The notes: generated by a model from the letters alone, not told the origin. Shown: positions 41,574 to 55,427, counted from the stretch's first letter. The stretch is 64,000 nt of DNA from Kudoa neothunni (GCA_964304625.1 OZ199840.1:1962532-2026531), one strand, 5' to 3'. Made by a program: numbers and translations.

Positions 41574-42693
41574 TTAGAAGGTTGGCTGTAAATAGACTAT
41601 TATCTTATTCACATTGAAAAAATTGACAATTCTGTTCCTCGAATCGAGAAAACTTTTCATGTTTGCGAATCGGACATGTAGATTTGCTAGAAACATCATT
41701 ATCAATTGACTTAAAGGAAAACGCTTAATCTACCCCAATAGAGCCCATCTTCAAGTTTTATCACGTGGAAATTGGATACACTGACCAAATCTTGAATTTC
41801 CATTCGTTCCAAATGGGAACTAATTATTTCACACGTGTTTTCTTTATCAGTAGCTAGGATAATTCTGCTGATTGCAGATTTCAACACCCCACCACTAATA
41901 ACCAATACCAATATTGATGAAGCAATCACCCCGATATTTTCTACAATAGTGTCATAATGATGTTTATGAGAGGTTCGATCGCATGAAATCATCTGTGCCA
42001 TAATTGAAATGGTACTTTTGAGCATCTGCCTATAGAGATGGATGGATACACTATAAATGCTTAGTTTACCACCATCAACTACGATAGAACGTTTCGAATT
42101 TATACTACAACAGGTGGAATCTTCAACAAATGATATTTATAAATCAAAATTTGCATATTTAACAGCTTACATATTCGGTCTTCCATCCCACTGATAATTG
42201 CTAATGTTTTAGGTTTATCCAACCCACGATATAACATAGTGAGCAGAATTAATACGAAAATTATCCATCCAAAATCTATCTTAGTTATCCTCCCATGAGA
42301 ATGAGTAGGGTGATATTCTAGGCTGGAAAATAATATTGTAGTCAAATCTTTGATAGAATGGATAAGGTCTTGAAAAATCATCGAATACAAATAGATCAAA
42401 CTTATAAACGCTAGAAGTGGTTCTCGTTTGGACTGTGATAAAAGTGACATGGTTCCTTCTATTGGTGGTTGGGTTGAGGCGGTAAGTTTAGCTGTGATCA
42501 GTTTGTAATTTTTCACTTCGCCACCCAAAAACAATGTTATCACAATGTAAAATGGTACAAAGTTGTAGATATGGTGCCATCCTTCAACTGCAAGATTCAT
42601 CATAACAAGGTAGACAACTACTATGCCATTAAACATCATTCCGAAAGTTAACAACAGCGCAAAAATTGGCCACTCAGTATTTATTTTCACCAT
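41574..42693 (-). CDS. Divergent cation diffusion facilitator (SLC30/ZnT5-7-like) transporter, 3 exons
   Basis: Six TM-like segments and a His-containing loop (HPTHSH). After splicing, the CDF cytosolic domain reads SAISRIIL..LVSVSNFHVIKLEDGLYWANLHVR...VYLQP. Confidence 0.7.
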
Positions 42694-43719
42694 TATTTAT
42701 AAGGTTGAAGAATACGGTAAGTTCTTTGTGTGCTTCTGTTCTCACACGTACCAGCAAACCAATTAAACCTTTAATGAGATTACGAAAATATTTTACTTTA
42801 TTGAAAAGGTATATTCATGATGCACATGATTTTTATCGTTTTAGCAGTTTCATCTGAACTATATATTGATTAAAATTAAATACTTCACATTCGTTATTTG
42901 TCATTTCGAAAAAATCCATCAAAAACAACCATCCCACAAATCTTTCATAATTCATCCCAGTGTTTTTCTTATCTAGTACGATCAAAAATTTAATGTGTTA
43001 ATTCATTGTATAATCTTTGATTAGTGGCTACCTGTTTTTTAGTTAATATAGTTAATTTATAAGGATGAATATAATTAATAATGATTGCTGATTCTATTTC
43101 CAACCTCATTTATTTCATCTAGTGAGGTTTTCATTGGTTGTCTGACCAACTTTAAGTCATGATTATTTGTTATAAATACTTATTATTCTTGACAAACATG
43201 ACTAAACCATTCTTTACTGTATTTACGTAGCTTATGTAAAAATTAGCTATGATTTGATCACAAGTATTGTTACTTTGGTTAATTTATCTTCAATAGTCTT
43301 AAAATTATAAAATGATTATTTTGTTTCATATTTTAACTGGCTTTCAATTAATTTTATAAAGTATTAACTTATTACAACGATTTTGAAGTATGTTTTACTC
43401 CTAATTATTTTTGTTTTGAGCATATCTTTTATCCTATTCATTCAGTCTCGCCATATTTTCGATATTCTTGTTACCGATAATGATTTTATTTCATAAACAA
43501 ATTGAAAAATATAATAAATAGAAAATTTTTTATTTCAAAATTATCCACTATAATCTTGAGCATAAAGTTCGCTACACCATTTTTAATTATATTATTGTAA
43601 AAAGTATACTGTGAATAGTAAAATAATGAATTATTAAGAAATAAAAATAATTAACCAAGTGACTAGTTTAAGAAATGTAGAATTATACATACAGTGCATA
43701 ATCCTACATGAGTTACATA

Positions 43720-45042
43720 AGCGATTTTATTCATATTAAGAATTTACGCAGATTTCAAGGTTTCTTCATTTTGACGAATTCAAAACAAGATTAGACAGAA
43801 AAATGCAGAAATATTTTGCCAAAATATTGTTACAAACTAGGATGTCACAATAGAGGAGCAATTAATATCCTTCAGAGGGAGATGTACTTTTTGTCAATAT
43901 TTTTTCATTAAGCTAAGTCGAGAATGTATGACATCTGTTTAATTTGTTGGTAGATCCTACGTCCAAGTACATTTCATGTACCAACGCATACCTTGTTAAA
44001 AATAATTTTGTAATTACAAGACGAAGCAACATTGAGAAGATCGTTTTCTCATTATCAAAACCTCTATTTATTCTATTTGAAATATCGTGATTGATAAAGT
44101 TTTTTCGTCAGTTACACTAACTCGAAAATTATTATAAAGGAAATTAACGTTTTTAGGGACTGTACACGAAAACAAACAGCAATGTCAATTTGTCTCCTTC
44201 CTTCTAAAAAGAGATCACACTACAGCAATACCCTTGCTTTTTAGGAAAAGTGTGTGATGACATCCTGTCTGCAAAATAAAATAGGCGGACATCTTGCTAT
44301 CGACAAGTAAAAATGATAATAGGGTCGTCGATGCGTCTAAAATTATAAATCCCAGACGATAATACATTACTATCGAACCAAAGGTGGAGTTGGCATCAAT
44401 TTCTATCCAGAGGTTTACAAGGGTACGGTTGGTTATCTTCTTCAACAACATGATACATTCCTTTTCTTTATTTAAAGACATACTAGTTATGACAGGAATA
44501 AAGAAAAAATCGTTTGAAGGAGATTTCTGAAAAATTACACAATCCATTTTAAAACGGGAACTCCAGAAAAGTAATTGTGAAAAAATATATGAATCGGATG
44601 TTACAAAAAGAGCAAAATTTTAATTAAGAATCATAAAGCTGTGATTATTGTGAAAGGCAAGAACACCTCCAAACAGTGTCAAAGTTTCTAAGAATTTATT
44701 GCTCATTCAAGTCTTGCTAGTTCGTTTAGTTGGCAAGATTGTTTCCTGTGTTTATATTTAGTTCTTAATTTATTGTTGTATATTTTATGAATTTCTTTTC
44801 CCACATTACTATTTGATTCTTAGGAAAGACTTCGATAGGCCCTGATGATATTATAATCGGAGTTAGTTTGATATTATCTCGCATAATTATTGAAAAATTT
44901 CTATTTTTACTCTTTCCATTTAAACAATATTTTGTTGTCTACAATTAATTACGTTCTCGCTTATATATTGACTGATTAAAAATAGGGGGAAATTTTACTA
45001 CAAAAGTGTTAGCAGGGAATTATTTTTGAGATCGTTAGAAGG
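43720..45042 (+). pseudogene. piggyBac transposase remnant with right TIR
   Basis: RFLHFD, VTIEEQLISFRGRC, NIVIDKVFSSV..LL*RKLTFLGTV, ILLST and IIHYYRTKGGV follow the piggyBac DDD core order. The element ends in tcgttagaagg|TTAA. Confidence 0.85.
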
Positions 45043-45661
45043 TTAACGAAATCTATTGCCACATTATCTTACATACGTCTTATTTATTTAGATTCAAACT
45101 ATTATTTGCTACAAGATTTTCAATACAAAGCGACATAATTGAATAAATAAAAAAATCTGTGTATTTTTTAAGATGAAAAATTAATTATACTAATAAATTT
45201 ATGATTAATCGCCGAAAAATGTATTTTGATTCATGTAAACTTTAAGCACACGTATATATTTTATCATTACTATCAAAAAATGATATTTGTGTTATTGAAA
45301 ATATTAATGAATCATGTTAAATACTTAATTTAATAGTTTGTATTTCTCGATATATTATTTTTTAGCTCATTTTTTATTTCGTCAACCGAAATCAACATCG
45401 AAACTAAAATATTATTTATTTTAAATAATCTATGAGATAAATCTAAAGCTACTGAAAACTATTAATAATGTTAATATATTTTATTGTGGCTAACAAGAAA
45501 CGATGTTTTTTAGATAATTACTTCCGAGGATACTCATTACGGCACATAAAATGTATTAACTATAGAAATAAAATATATTGATGTAATTCTATAGTACTAC
45601 AACACTACAATAAAAGTTTAATTGATTTAACAATTGGCGGAGGAATGAATCACTACCACTA

Positions 45662-46402
45662 CCGTTGGAAACCGATTTTGCACACTTTTTGCGAATTTAT
45701 TTGATTATGACTCTAAATGTTTCCAATGTTCATATAAACAGATATATTCGACTTAACAATAACTTTGGGTCAAACAATTGACGGTAAATGATTCAAAATA
45801 TAGACCACAATTTATGTGACTAACCGATTTTGTACACCTTTTTCCAAGCACTCCGTTGGCGAAAGTGGCGTTATTCCCAGAAAAAATATAAATTTAGCGA
45901 TAAGCCAAGGTAAAGACATAAGAAAATTAGAAGAAAAATACACAATCATAGAATACTTCTAAAATCTTACTATAATAAACGTTAGGATAGTTACTGTGAG
46001 ACATTTCAACGAATGAAAAATAGCAATCCTAAATGGCCTATCCGAAAAAATAATTAAATCTTCTCGCTAATTTAGAAAAGTTTAGATCGTTTTAGGTTAT
46101 TGTTAAAATTGGAAATTGATGTGTATGTATATGTTATAGCATGTCAAAATATGACACAAATCAAAATAATTGATTTATTCAAAGATTCAAACTAATTATC
46201 ACGTAATATTTTTGTTTCCAGTAGAATTTTTACTCATTTATATTACAGTAATAAAAAGAACGTCAATTTTGTTCTTAAACATTCCAAAAATTGGATTTAA
46301 AATACTCACGCGCACGCACAAACATGTGTAAAATCGATTACAATCAATTTTACACATTTTTTCATGTCCAGGAAGGGATTGTGCAAAATCGATTATCCAT
46401 TG
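45662..46402. mobile_element. TA-flanked MITE
   Basis: Imperfect TIRs ccgttggaaaccgattttgcaca and (reverse complement) caatggataatcgattttgcaca, with subterminal copies of cgattttg.aca. Confidence 0.55.
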
Positions 46403-46525
46403 TATTTGGTGGAATCGGTTAAATGTATAACCATCATAAATTTTTATATAACCACGTACGCCATAAACAAATATAACTATAAAACAAAATTATAAATTGA
46501 TTTTAGAAATATCAGGATTTAAAAA

Positions 46526-46839
46526 TCTACTATCTATCCTAATATATTAGTAGTAGTAGTGTCCGTTTGTGTGTGTCAGCAAGTACGCATGTGCGACAAA
46601 ATGTTTTCCTTATAGATAGATATTTATGGAACTTTTAATAGTTTAAGATAATGCCGAAATTATCTCATTTGTTATTACACCGATTAAAATTCAAAATTAA
46701 CATAGGAATATATGCTGTCTTTGACGTTAGGCATGTTAAGCGGATTACGTGGTTTCAAGAATAGGATTATATATTTTTACCATATTTTTCTATAATGAAA
46801 TTTTCTCAATCTCGTGCGAATCTGGGCAATTCAAGCTAG
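46526..46839 (+). mobile_element. Non-autonomous Helitron
   Basis: A|TC start (tctactatctatcctaatat..gtccgtttgtgtgtg) and 3' cgtgcgaatctgggc..CTAG|T end, inserted at an AT dinucleotide. Confidence 0.65.
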
Positions 46840-47618
46840 TATTTTATAAATGAAATAACGCATCGATTACATATGTTTGAAAAATGAATGATGAAAATAT
46901 CAATGAATAGAATAAAACCTCTAACTATGGTAATTTACTTTTAAATTATTTAGTAATAATTTTTATGGTTGACAAATAAATTAAATAAATTGATAAAACA
47001 ACAGAATGACGAATGTGCTGTGGAATAAGGAAATATTCCAATTTTTCAGCCACAAACTTAGTGTAATTACCCTAAAAAATTGTGAATAAATAAAAAAAAT
47101 CAACTAGTTTTTATGAAAAATATTTCTAAAATATTTAAAAAAAAGATGAAAATCGACAACTTGCTTTGAAATATTATATCCAATATCGGGGCTACTTTAA
47201 ACTTCATAAAATATAGAGAAAAATCAATTTAACAATTACGTGTATTAAACTAAAATATTTAATCTATCTCATAAATTTATCCACATGCGGTCTATTTTAT
47301 TTCAACTTTGAAAGTTTGTAATAATAAAAATTAATAATAATAATAATTAATTTGGAGAGTATCTTTGTTAGTAAAATTAACAGACTAATAGTATAAATTA
47401 CGTTAAACCACGATCTTTCATCCAATCGTCATTTATAACAAACAACATAAATTAATCATAATTTTCGCATTGAAAAAATAGTCATAATATTTCCAGAAAT
47501 AAAAGTGTAATGGAATGAACAGGGACCTAGGAGTAATTGATCAAATTCAGACCAAGTATAAAACACGACTTTAACCGAGTGCATAATATTTCCATCTCGT
47601 TGACGTGTAGAACCTAAC

Positions 47619-48372
47619 ATGAGGCCCTTAAAAGACAGCGAATTGGAGGCTGTTCTTAAGAAATTATCAAACTAGTAGTTAGATAAGAATTAGAGCTATT
47701 AAATGACACCTTTTAGTGTCGGCGACAACGTACAATATCTATTGAAACGTGCTGATGGAACAATATACTGTTTTCGACTTCATCGAAACAGAGTGTTTTA
47801 TGTGAGGTAGGATTGGATTGGATTTGATTATTGTTGTTATATTACGAGTTTAACTAAAATTCGATTATAGGGAAGATTTGGTGAAATTTGCGGTGAAATT
47901 TGGAAGAGATCAATTGTTTTCGGTTGGTACGTGTATTGGTCGTTTTACCAAAGGAAGACAATTCCTTTTGCATGTCACTTCATTAGATATGATTTCATCG
48001 TTGGGAAAGGTTGGAAAATTTGTATTTTTTATGTGTAATATGATTTGTTGGTAAATAGCATAAATTCTATGTGAAACCGAGTGCCGAGCAACAATTTCTC
48101 TATGGGCATAACGTCACTAAGTCAGGGTTACTTAAGGTTTCCGATGAATACAGTTCCCAATACAATGGGGTGATTGTGGTGAATAAGAACGACCTACCAT
48201 TGGTATGACAATCGATTGTGCGAGCACATACATTTAATTTCTATAACAGGGATTCGGAATTTCAGCAAAGTCAAGCGATCAGATAAATTCAGCCCAACCT
48301 GGCCAAACTATCTGTCTCCATCAAGCTGATTTAGGAGAGTATTTGCGCGATGAAGGACACTTTAATTTATAA
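47619..48372 (+). CDS. NIP7: 60S ribosome biogenesis protein NIP7, 5 exons (absent from the ORF track)
   Basis: Spliced product MRPLKDSELEAVLKKLSNYVGDNVQYLLKRADGTIYCFRLHRNRVFYV..GTCIGRFTK..FLLHVTSLD..VKPSAEQQFLYGHNVTKSGL..DLPLGFG..HQADLGEYLRDE is colinear with NIP7. Confidence 0.95.
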
Positions 48373-51300
48373 AATTAAACCACCAACTAATGTGTGTGTA
48401 AATTCCAGTAGTACTGTGTGTATGATTTGTACAACTGTTTTTCTGAGAGTTTCTTTTGCGACCTGCCAACTCTTATTATCTGAACAGGTGGTGGCTGGGT
48501 GTGTTTTGTGTAGTTTTATTGAGTTGGAAATCATACAAAACTTGGTGTAGCCAGTAATTTTAACTTGGACCCATTTTCCGAGAGTGTCAGTGGTTTGCTC
48601 GATTATTTGTATCTAAAATTTTTATTAAAATAAAAAACTACTCCAACAACAATATCCTGTAATATTATGTGCGAATGATAATGAGATATTTTAACCACAG
48701 CGTACGTATTACTTATGAGATCGCATATTTTCTATAAACATAACTTGAAATTTAGTTCATTTAGTAAAATTAATCATTTATTTAATGTGCGCTTAAAACA
48801 TCATAATCCTGGCATAGAGATAGACTATTGAATAAAACAGGTAAAATAGATACGCTCGAAATGTTCATTATGGGGGAAACGACGCGTGAGAAATCAGCCT
48901 AAATATAAGTATGCCGTAGTTTACCAGCATGGCAGTAATCTCCGGAGTATTTTGTTACCTCAATATTTTCCATACCATCAAAATGTGAAACTCGTATTAT
49001 TTGGAGAAATTTATGTAATGACATAAATCACAATATATATGTTTTCTTCTTCTTCTTCTTCCATTAACCCAATATCTCCTAAACTGGTTCTAGATTATCA
49101 CTGTGAACTCCCATCTTTAATAAACAGCTTATGAACCCATCCAATTCGATCGATCTATCACCAAAACTTTTTCCACTCATTCACTGGATATATTTTAAAA
49201 TAATTGCGTAAATAAGCGAATTAAATATTATTCTGAAAGTATTAATATTATTGTAATAAAAACGGAGAACCACCAGAATGACTACTGACTACTCATAATA
49301 TTTGGGACACATGTTCTAGAATGTAGATGCCATCGGCTGGTTCGGTTCACCTGGTGTAACATTCCGTTTTTGTTCATTAATGAGTTAAATTGTATATTTG
49401 TATCAATATCACATTTTTCTGACGATAAATAATCATGAAACGAAGAACATGAATCTGAAGATTCGGTGTCAGAGTAGTTATTATCAAGATCACTTAAACA
49501 CACCAACAAAATTAATTATAGTGCATGCGCGATGTAGATTAAGATATGATATTCATGCAATAAAAATATATTTACTCGATAGAATTTTTTAAATGTTTGG
49601 GGAAATATTTAAATCAATACTTGGGATAATTAGATGAAAACAAATCGTGGGGTCCAAAATACCTCAAATTTTACTTTTTACTTTTTATTTGGAGGATGTT
49701 TTTGCATTAACATTTTTTCTACGAAATGAAAAAGTTTTTAATTGGTGGATTTTACTACAGAACATTTTAGAAGAATAGACTGACTGACTGACTGACTGAC
49801 TGCAGAAAATTTCTCACACGTTAATATGGTAGAAAATTGATAACTGTGTATAATTGGGGTCCAAAAGACTACAATTATATTTGGTTTAGTGGGTTAATGT
49901 AAAGAATTAAAAATTTACATTATCCATTGGCAATTTAATAAGGATACTTAAATTAACTATGCACAAGCTTACATATAAATTTTATAGTATTCATTCGAAA
50001 TTTATATGCGAAATATTCGAGTAAAATAAAAATGGTTCCTAGTTAATCACACATCACACATCACACAGTAATCCATCAGTTCTTTTCCAGTTGCGATTGG
50101 TGAGTTTCCAAAAAGTGAAATTGGTCAACGAATTTAATCTCTAAGTGCTCGATTTCTAATTTTGGTTAATTATTTTTGCTTCCTAAAAAAATAAGCGCTG
50201 TTTTAGGACTAATTAATGCCCGAATTTTTATTATTTTGTAATTCTATAATATTCAATGTATTTGTAGTTAATTAATGGACATTTCAATGATTAAAAATTG
50301 TGCGAAGCATGCCACATACAACTTGAGACTGCCAGCGAGGTTATAAAAAATACCCAAGGTGGTGCAAAACGCTAGTTTATAGTACAACAACAAATAGAAT
50401 TTTATCTATTAAAGTTTTTAGTCTTTTTCCGATTATATAATTACTTTTTCGGATATTAAATCTATCGTCGTATTATGACAATTTTTGGGCGCCAACATCT
50501 ACTCATATTTAATGTCTAGTATAGATCAATATACTCACAACCAATTATTTCATAACACAAGATATATGTTTAAATTTTCTAATAATGTGAGACAATATTT
50601 ACTGAATAACTATGCAATTGTGTCACGTTAAACAATCTAATGTGTTGTCGTTCAATATGGTAAATGTTTGAACCTCCCCATGATACAATCTGAATAGGAT
50701 AATACGTTGTTAAAAATATAACTGTTAATTTTGCACATAAAAAATTGTGTTACTCAATGTTGATAAGGTTTTAATAAAAATTTAAGATTTTGTAGAAAAT
50801 GAAATAAAACCTCAAGCCCCGGCGGCAGCTCTGATATGACTTAAAACCTCTAATTCAAATCACATTCGCATCCTCATAAACGATTAGCTAATTTAAGAAA
50901 TTAATCCTGAAATGTAAGCGATAATAGCTATAAAAAAGCAACAACTTAATAAATTAGTAATGATGACCTGGACATTTTAGTCAAATTTTATTATAAATTA
51001 GAGATTTATTGATATTTTGGTAAAATTATTATATTAAAAACTTGAATAAAAATTCCCGCGGATTTGACATTTTTGAATTTATATATATATATCGGCTAAT
51101 ACGTTTTTTACTATTTATTTATTTATTTTTTGAATATCTTAATTAAAGTTGATATTTAGAGATAATTTTTGAATAATTTATTAAATGGTAATTATTCAAG
51201 ACACAGGAAAAATTCAGGCAAATAACGTCATACTCATGTGTATTCTACCAAATAGAAATAGGAAAAAATAAACAATTCTAAATTTATTGAGAAAGCCTAA

Positions 51301-54019
51301 TAATCTCAAAACTGGTCGAAAGCTTTGATCTAAACTATGGATTCTCAACGGTTATTTCATATTTACCTCCTCGGCTTGATGGAAAATCTAAATTTTTCCC
51401 CTCAACATATAAATCAACTTGATATTTACTTTAAAGTTTTATATTGGTTTAATTATAGCAAAGGCTATTCGAGAAATAAATTCTGATCCTAAATGGCATA
51501 CACGCTTGCATAATGACAATTTTTAATCCCATCAACTCTTACTCACAAGCTGTCTACAGATTTAATTTTTTAGATTTTGCCAAATTAAATTATTTCTATC
51601 CGAATCCTTCGTTCTTCGGGACCAGACATAATTAAAAATTGTCAAAATTGATGACATCTAAATATTATTTACCGTGTCAATAATTGCCACTTCCTTTAAG
51701 AAAATACAGCATTCATCTATCAATAAAATTTTTTTTACAAATTTTAAAGTTAAAATAAAGCAACAAATTTTAGGTATAATAGAATAAACGGACAAAATGT
51801 GTCTATTCGATTTCAAGACGCTCGGATGGTAACGAGAATTTTCAATGCTTGTAAAATACTTTTTGAATTTAGAAATCTACCGTCATATAAAACACATTGC
51901 AAATAACGCAAAAGTATCAAATATGTTAAAATGGTTGGCATTTAGACATTTTATATAAATCTCATAAAGAATTTTTATACATACAAATTTCATAACAAGA
52001 ACCGCATTAAGTTATAGAATAAAAAAGTGGTTTTGACGCAGCCATCGATTATCGATTACACAGGATTGGTTCGAATCCTTACGTTTATTTTTAATATTTA
52101 ACAAAGATGCAGATTAATAGAATTAACGAAAAGGTTGTTAAGAAATAATAATATATACAACTCACTTGTTCATAATACTTATTATGTCCCACGTAATAAT
52201 GTCCGCCATCTTGTTGCTTCTTTTCAGTGACTAGAACATCGTAGGTACATCCGACCTATGAGTAGATTAAGCAATTAAAGCATTTAAAGTTGGAATATCG
52301 CCATACTCGGTCTTTGTAAGGTAGATATGAGAGGAAATATTTCGATAGTGCGGCAGTTCTACCCTTAGCCTAATGAAAAGTGACACAAGTAAGTAAAAAT
52401 ATATTTATATCGCAAAAGTTCCAAATTACAATAGAACCAGGTATACGCTTCATTTTGGCGGCTGGAGTTCCTGGCCGAGGGTAGTATTGGTTGATGAAGA
52501 GTGTTTTGAAACGGTATTTTTCCACTAAATTCATAGTTTCTTTAAAATCCTACACCAGCAGTTAATTTATGAATAACAAAACAATTGATGTAACTATTTC
52601 AGATTCGGTGGGGAAAGCGCAAATTATATCAGTGGCGATTGTAGCCTGTGGAATTCTAAATGTATCGAATTAATACCTAACTCGAAAAACTCCCACACAA
52701 ATAAATACTCCTTCAACACATAATCGACAATATTACTAAAGCTAGCACAATCATATTCACGATTCATATCGGTGAGAACGGCATCTGAGCCCGATTGAAT
52801 GGGAATATGGAGAAACGAGTACACATTGGGATGTTTTAGCAGTTCTGTGAAATCCTGTATCAACCCGATTAAATCTACTATGATCTCAAAGCAACTGTCC
52901 AGTCTCACCTTAAGATGTTCGAATATATATGGCGGATTTGTCATGCCTATTCTGATCATGAGATATGAGGGGACTATAGCCACAAGATTATTCAAAAGTT
53001 CCACTATATTGGTCCCAATATCTCGTCCGTATGCACCAACATCTTCACTTGTAAGCCAAATCTCAACAACCCCTTCTGCAAACGCATCATAAAAAAACAG
53101 TTGTCTATTGAGCACAACGAAGCTCAAGTGATATACCTTTGATCGCTTGTTTAGCTCGATCGATTATCTCCTCAATCGTATAACTTCCAAGATCTCCTCT
53201 AGCGTACTTGGTTTTGCAGTAGGTGCATTGATTTAAACATCTGGAATAATACAAGTAGCTATGGATATAATCAGTTATTTTTAAATCAATTACCCAGTTG
53301 AAATCGCAATAATCTCAATCAATTCATTTCTTCTGACTTTGGGCAATTGTAATGAAGGCCTTTCGTTGACATTACCAAGATTGGTATTTGAACCGGATGA
53401 CCCAGAAGGATAAATGAGAACTTGATTTCCTAAAAAATGGAATCTTTGTTGATCTTTATGGTTGTCTTAACAAAAGATCACCTTTTAAAGTCTCCTCTAC
53501 CACATGCACTATCTGTTGTACATTGTCGGTGGCCAGCACTGATACTCCCTTCATGTATTTCATTTTTCTATCTGCCTTGGGCACACAACCAGTTACAACT
53601 ACTGGAATAGATTTGAGAGTTGAAGATTGATCGGACGATTTTGAGATTTCTATCGCCATTGACTTGTTGATCATGTTTCTCACAGCATCCTCACTTGGAT
53701 TTTTCACAGTACAACTGTTGAGAATCCATAAATCCGCTGCATTTGGTTCGTCCACAATAGTGTAGCCATATTTCTGTAATAAACCGGCCATATACTCGCT
53801 TTCTGAGGTGTTATGAGAGCACCCCCAAGTTTTTATGTAGATTTTTTGATATCCAGGTAAGTGTGAGGTGTCAGTATCATTCGTATTAAAATCGTTATCC
53901 GACTTTTCTATGTTGTCTGTACGTTTGTTTTTGATTATCTGTCGTTCAATCGGATTGTTCTCACCCAGTGATTCATCAGCCACTTCTTTGGATTCAATAA
54001 TATTCTCTATGTCTATCAT
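48367..54019 (-). CDS. CDKAL1: tRNA t6A methylthiotransferase CDKAL1 (radical SAM + TRAM), with a ~3.55-kb last intron
   Basis: [35 protein letters not shown] (CxxxCxxC), [25 protein letters not shown] and [14 protein letters not shown]. The TRAM domain is split as VGHNKYYEQ (ends 52166) | [21 protein letters not shown] (starts 48612). Confidence 0.92.
49755..50375 (+). mobile_element. Helitron-like element with a (GACT)6 microsatellite, inside the CDKAL1 intron
   Basis: (GACT)n tract near the 5' end (49778-49801) and a GC-richer 3' end finishing cgCTAG|T. Confidence 0.4.
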
Positions 54020-54720
54020 TTATGGAGTGTAGTATTTTTAGCTGCGCCTGCGTGGATATAAACATTCATTTTTACATCAACAATTTTGGATCAATAGTTG
54101 CATTACCCTTAAGAAGATTATCTCAAATATTAGTCATAAAATAAATTAATTTATATTTTACTTTAAGCGATCGTAGAATAAAGAATCAATTGTTGAAACT
54201 ACTGTTATATTAATAAATTCAAAAATATTTTTGTACCAACAATAATTTTTTTTGAGTAAATTTTCTTTTGTTCCTTAAGAGAACAAAATAATAATAACTT
54301 TTTTTATGATATTAGAACTAAGAGATTGAAAAAAGTTGTAAAAAATTATTTCCAATTTCAATAAATTTTTATGTTTTGAAAATATAAAAAATACCAAAAC
54401 AAATTAACTTTATTCTAAAAAATCCATTAAAGCGGTAGCTCACGCCTATGAGTGCTATTATATGCTACGAGTTGATACAGAGCAACTTCAGATTTCGGCC
54501 ATAATCCCTTCTAGAAGTGTGTTCGAACTCCGAATCAATCTTTCCCGTGTAAAATAATGAATATTAGTTGAATACATTAGTGTTAATCAAATCAATGAGT
54601 ATTTTTATTGTTGTTTACTAAAAAATAAGAATTCCTCGTGTTGACAAAACATAACAATTAAATATTAAATATAATAATAATTGATAAAAATAAAAGTGAG
54701 ATATACGATTTAACATAAGC

Positions 54721-54794
54721 TCCGAATTGAGATTCGAACCTACGTTATTAGGATTAGAAGGCGGTGGTGCCATACCACTCTGCTCTCAATCTGA
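54721..54794 (-). pseudogene. tRNA-Arg(TCT)-like pseudogene or SINE head
   Basis: A-box-like gcagagtggt, anticodon-loop-like CTTCTAATCC, B-box ggttcgaatc and partial acceptor pairing. The anticodon stem does not pair. Confidence 0.45.
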
Positions 54795-55394
54795 CACATG
54801 ACTGATGGATTACAACCCTTTAACCCACATGTTACATAGGATAAATATTTTTTGGTCGTCATACGATAGATTATAAAGGGTTTTCTTTCGATGACGTTCG
54901 CACAATTTGATTGAGTGAATCTCCTTCTAGAGTATCTGTTCATCTCTGTTTTTGCTCCAACTGGATTTGTTCTGAATACACCTTCTATATGTTCGAATTC
55001 AAAAGTGATTCTGACCAAGAATTTTTGGTTCAGCTCCGATGTTGTGCTATAAGTGTAATATTTTTATTTCTAATATGCTTATTTTTATATTTAGAATCAT
55101 TGAAAACATTATTTGGAGGATTATTTTAACTTTTTCGTTATTTTATCCGCAATAAGTTGTTACTTAGTTAAATTAGCCTGAGAAATTATTTATAAATACT
55201 ATTTTTTCAATATTAACCCAAGATTTGAATCAAAGATTGTTATTTAAATAATTTTTGAATTTTTATAAATACAATTTAAAAATTAAATCGATAAATCATT
55301 GATTATATAGTAGATTTTATTATTTAAGAATTTATAAGCCGATGTTATCATTTCTTTATTATTTCTTAGAGTCGTACATGTTAAATCATAACAA

Positions 55395-55427
<33 letters not shown>

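Noticed and set aside
42700-43134. Extra upstream exons for the ZnT gene
   Set aside because: Every splice combination I tried hit a stop, and the ATG at 42693 already precedes TM1.
44215-44547. 110-aa minus-strand ORF
   Set aside because: It is the antisense shadow of the decayed piggyBac transposase on the plus strand.
52799-53092. 97-aa plus-strand ORF (and the similar 48350-48550 ORF)
   Set aside because: These are antisense shadows of CDKAL1 coding exons.
54721-54794. Functional tRNA-Arg gene
   Set aside because: The anticodon and T stems do not pair properly, so it is kept only as a pseudogene or SINE head.
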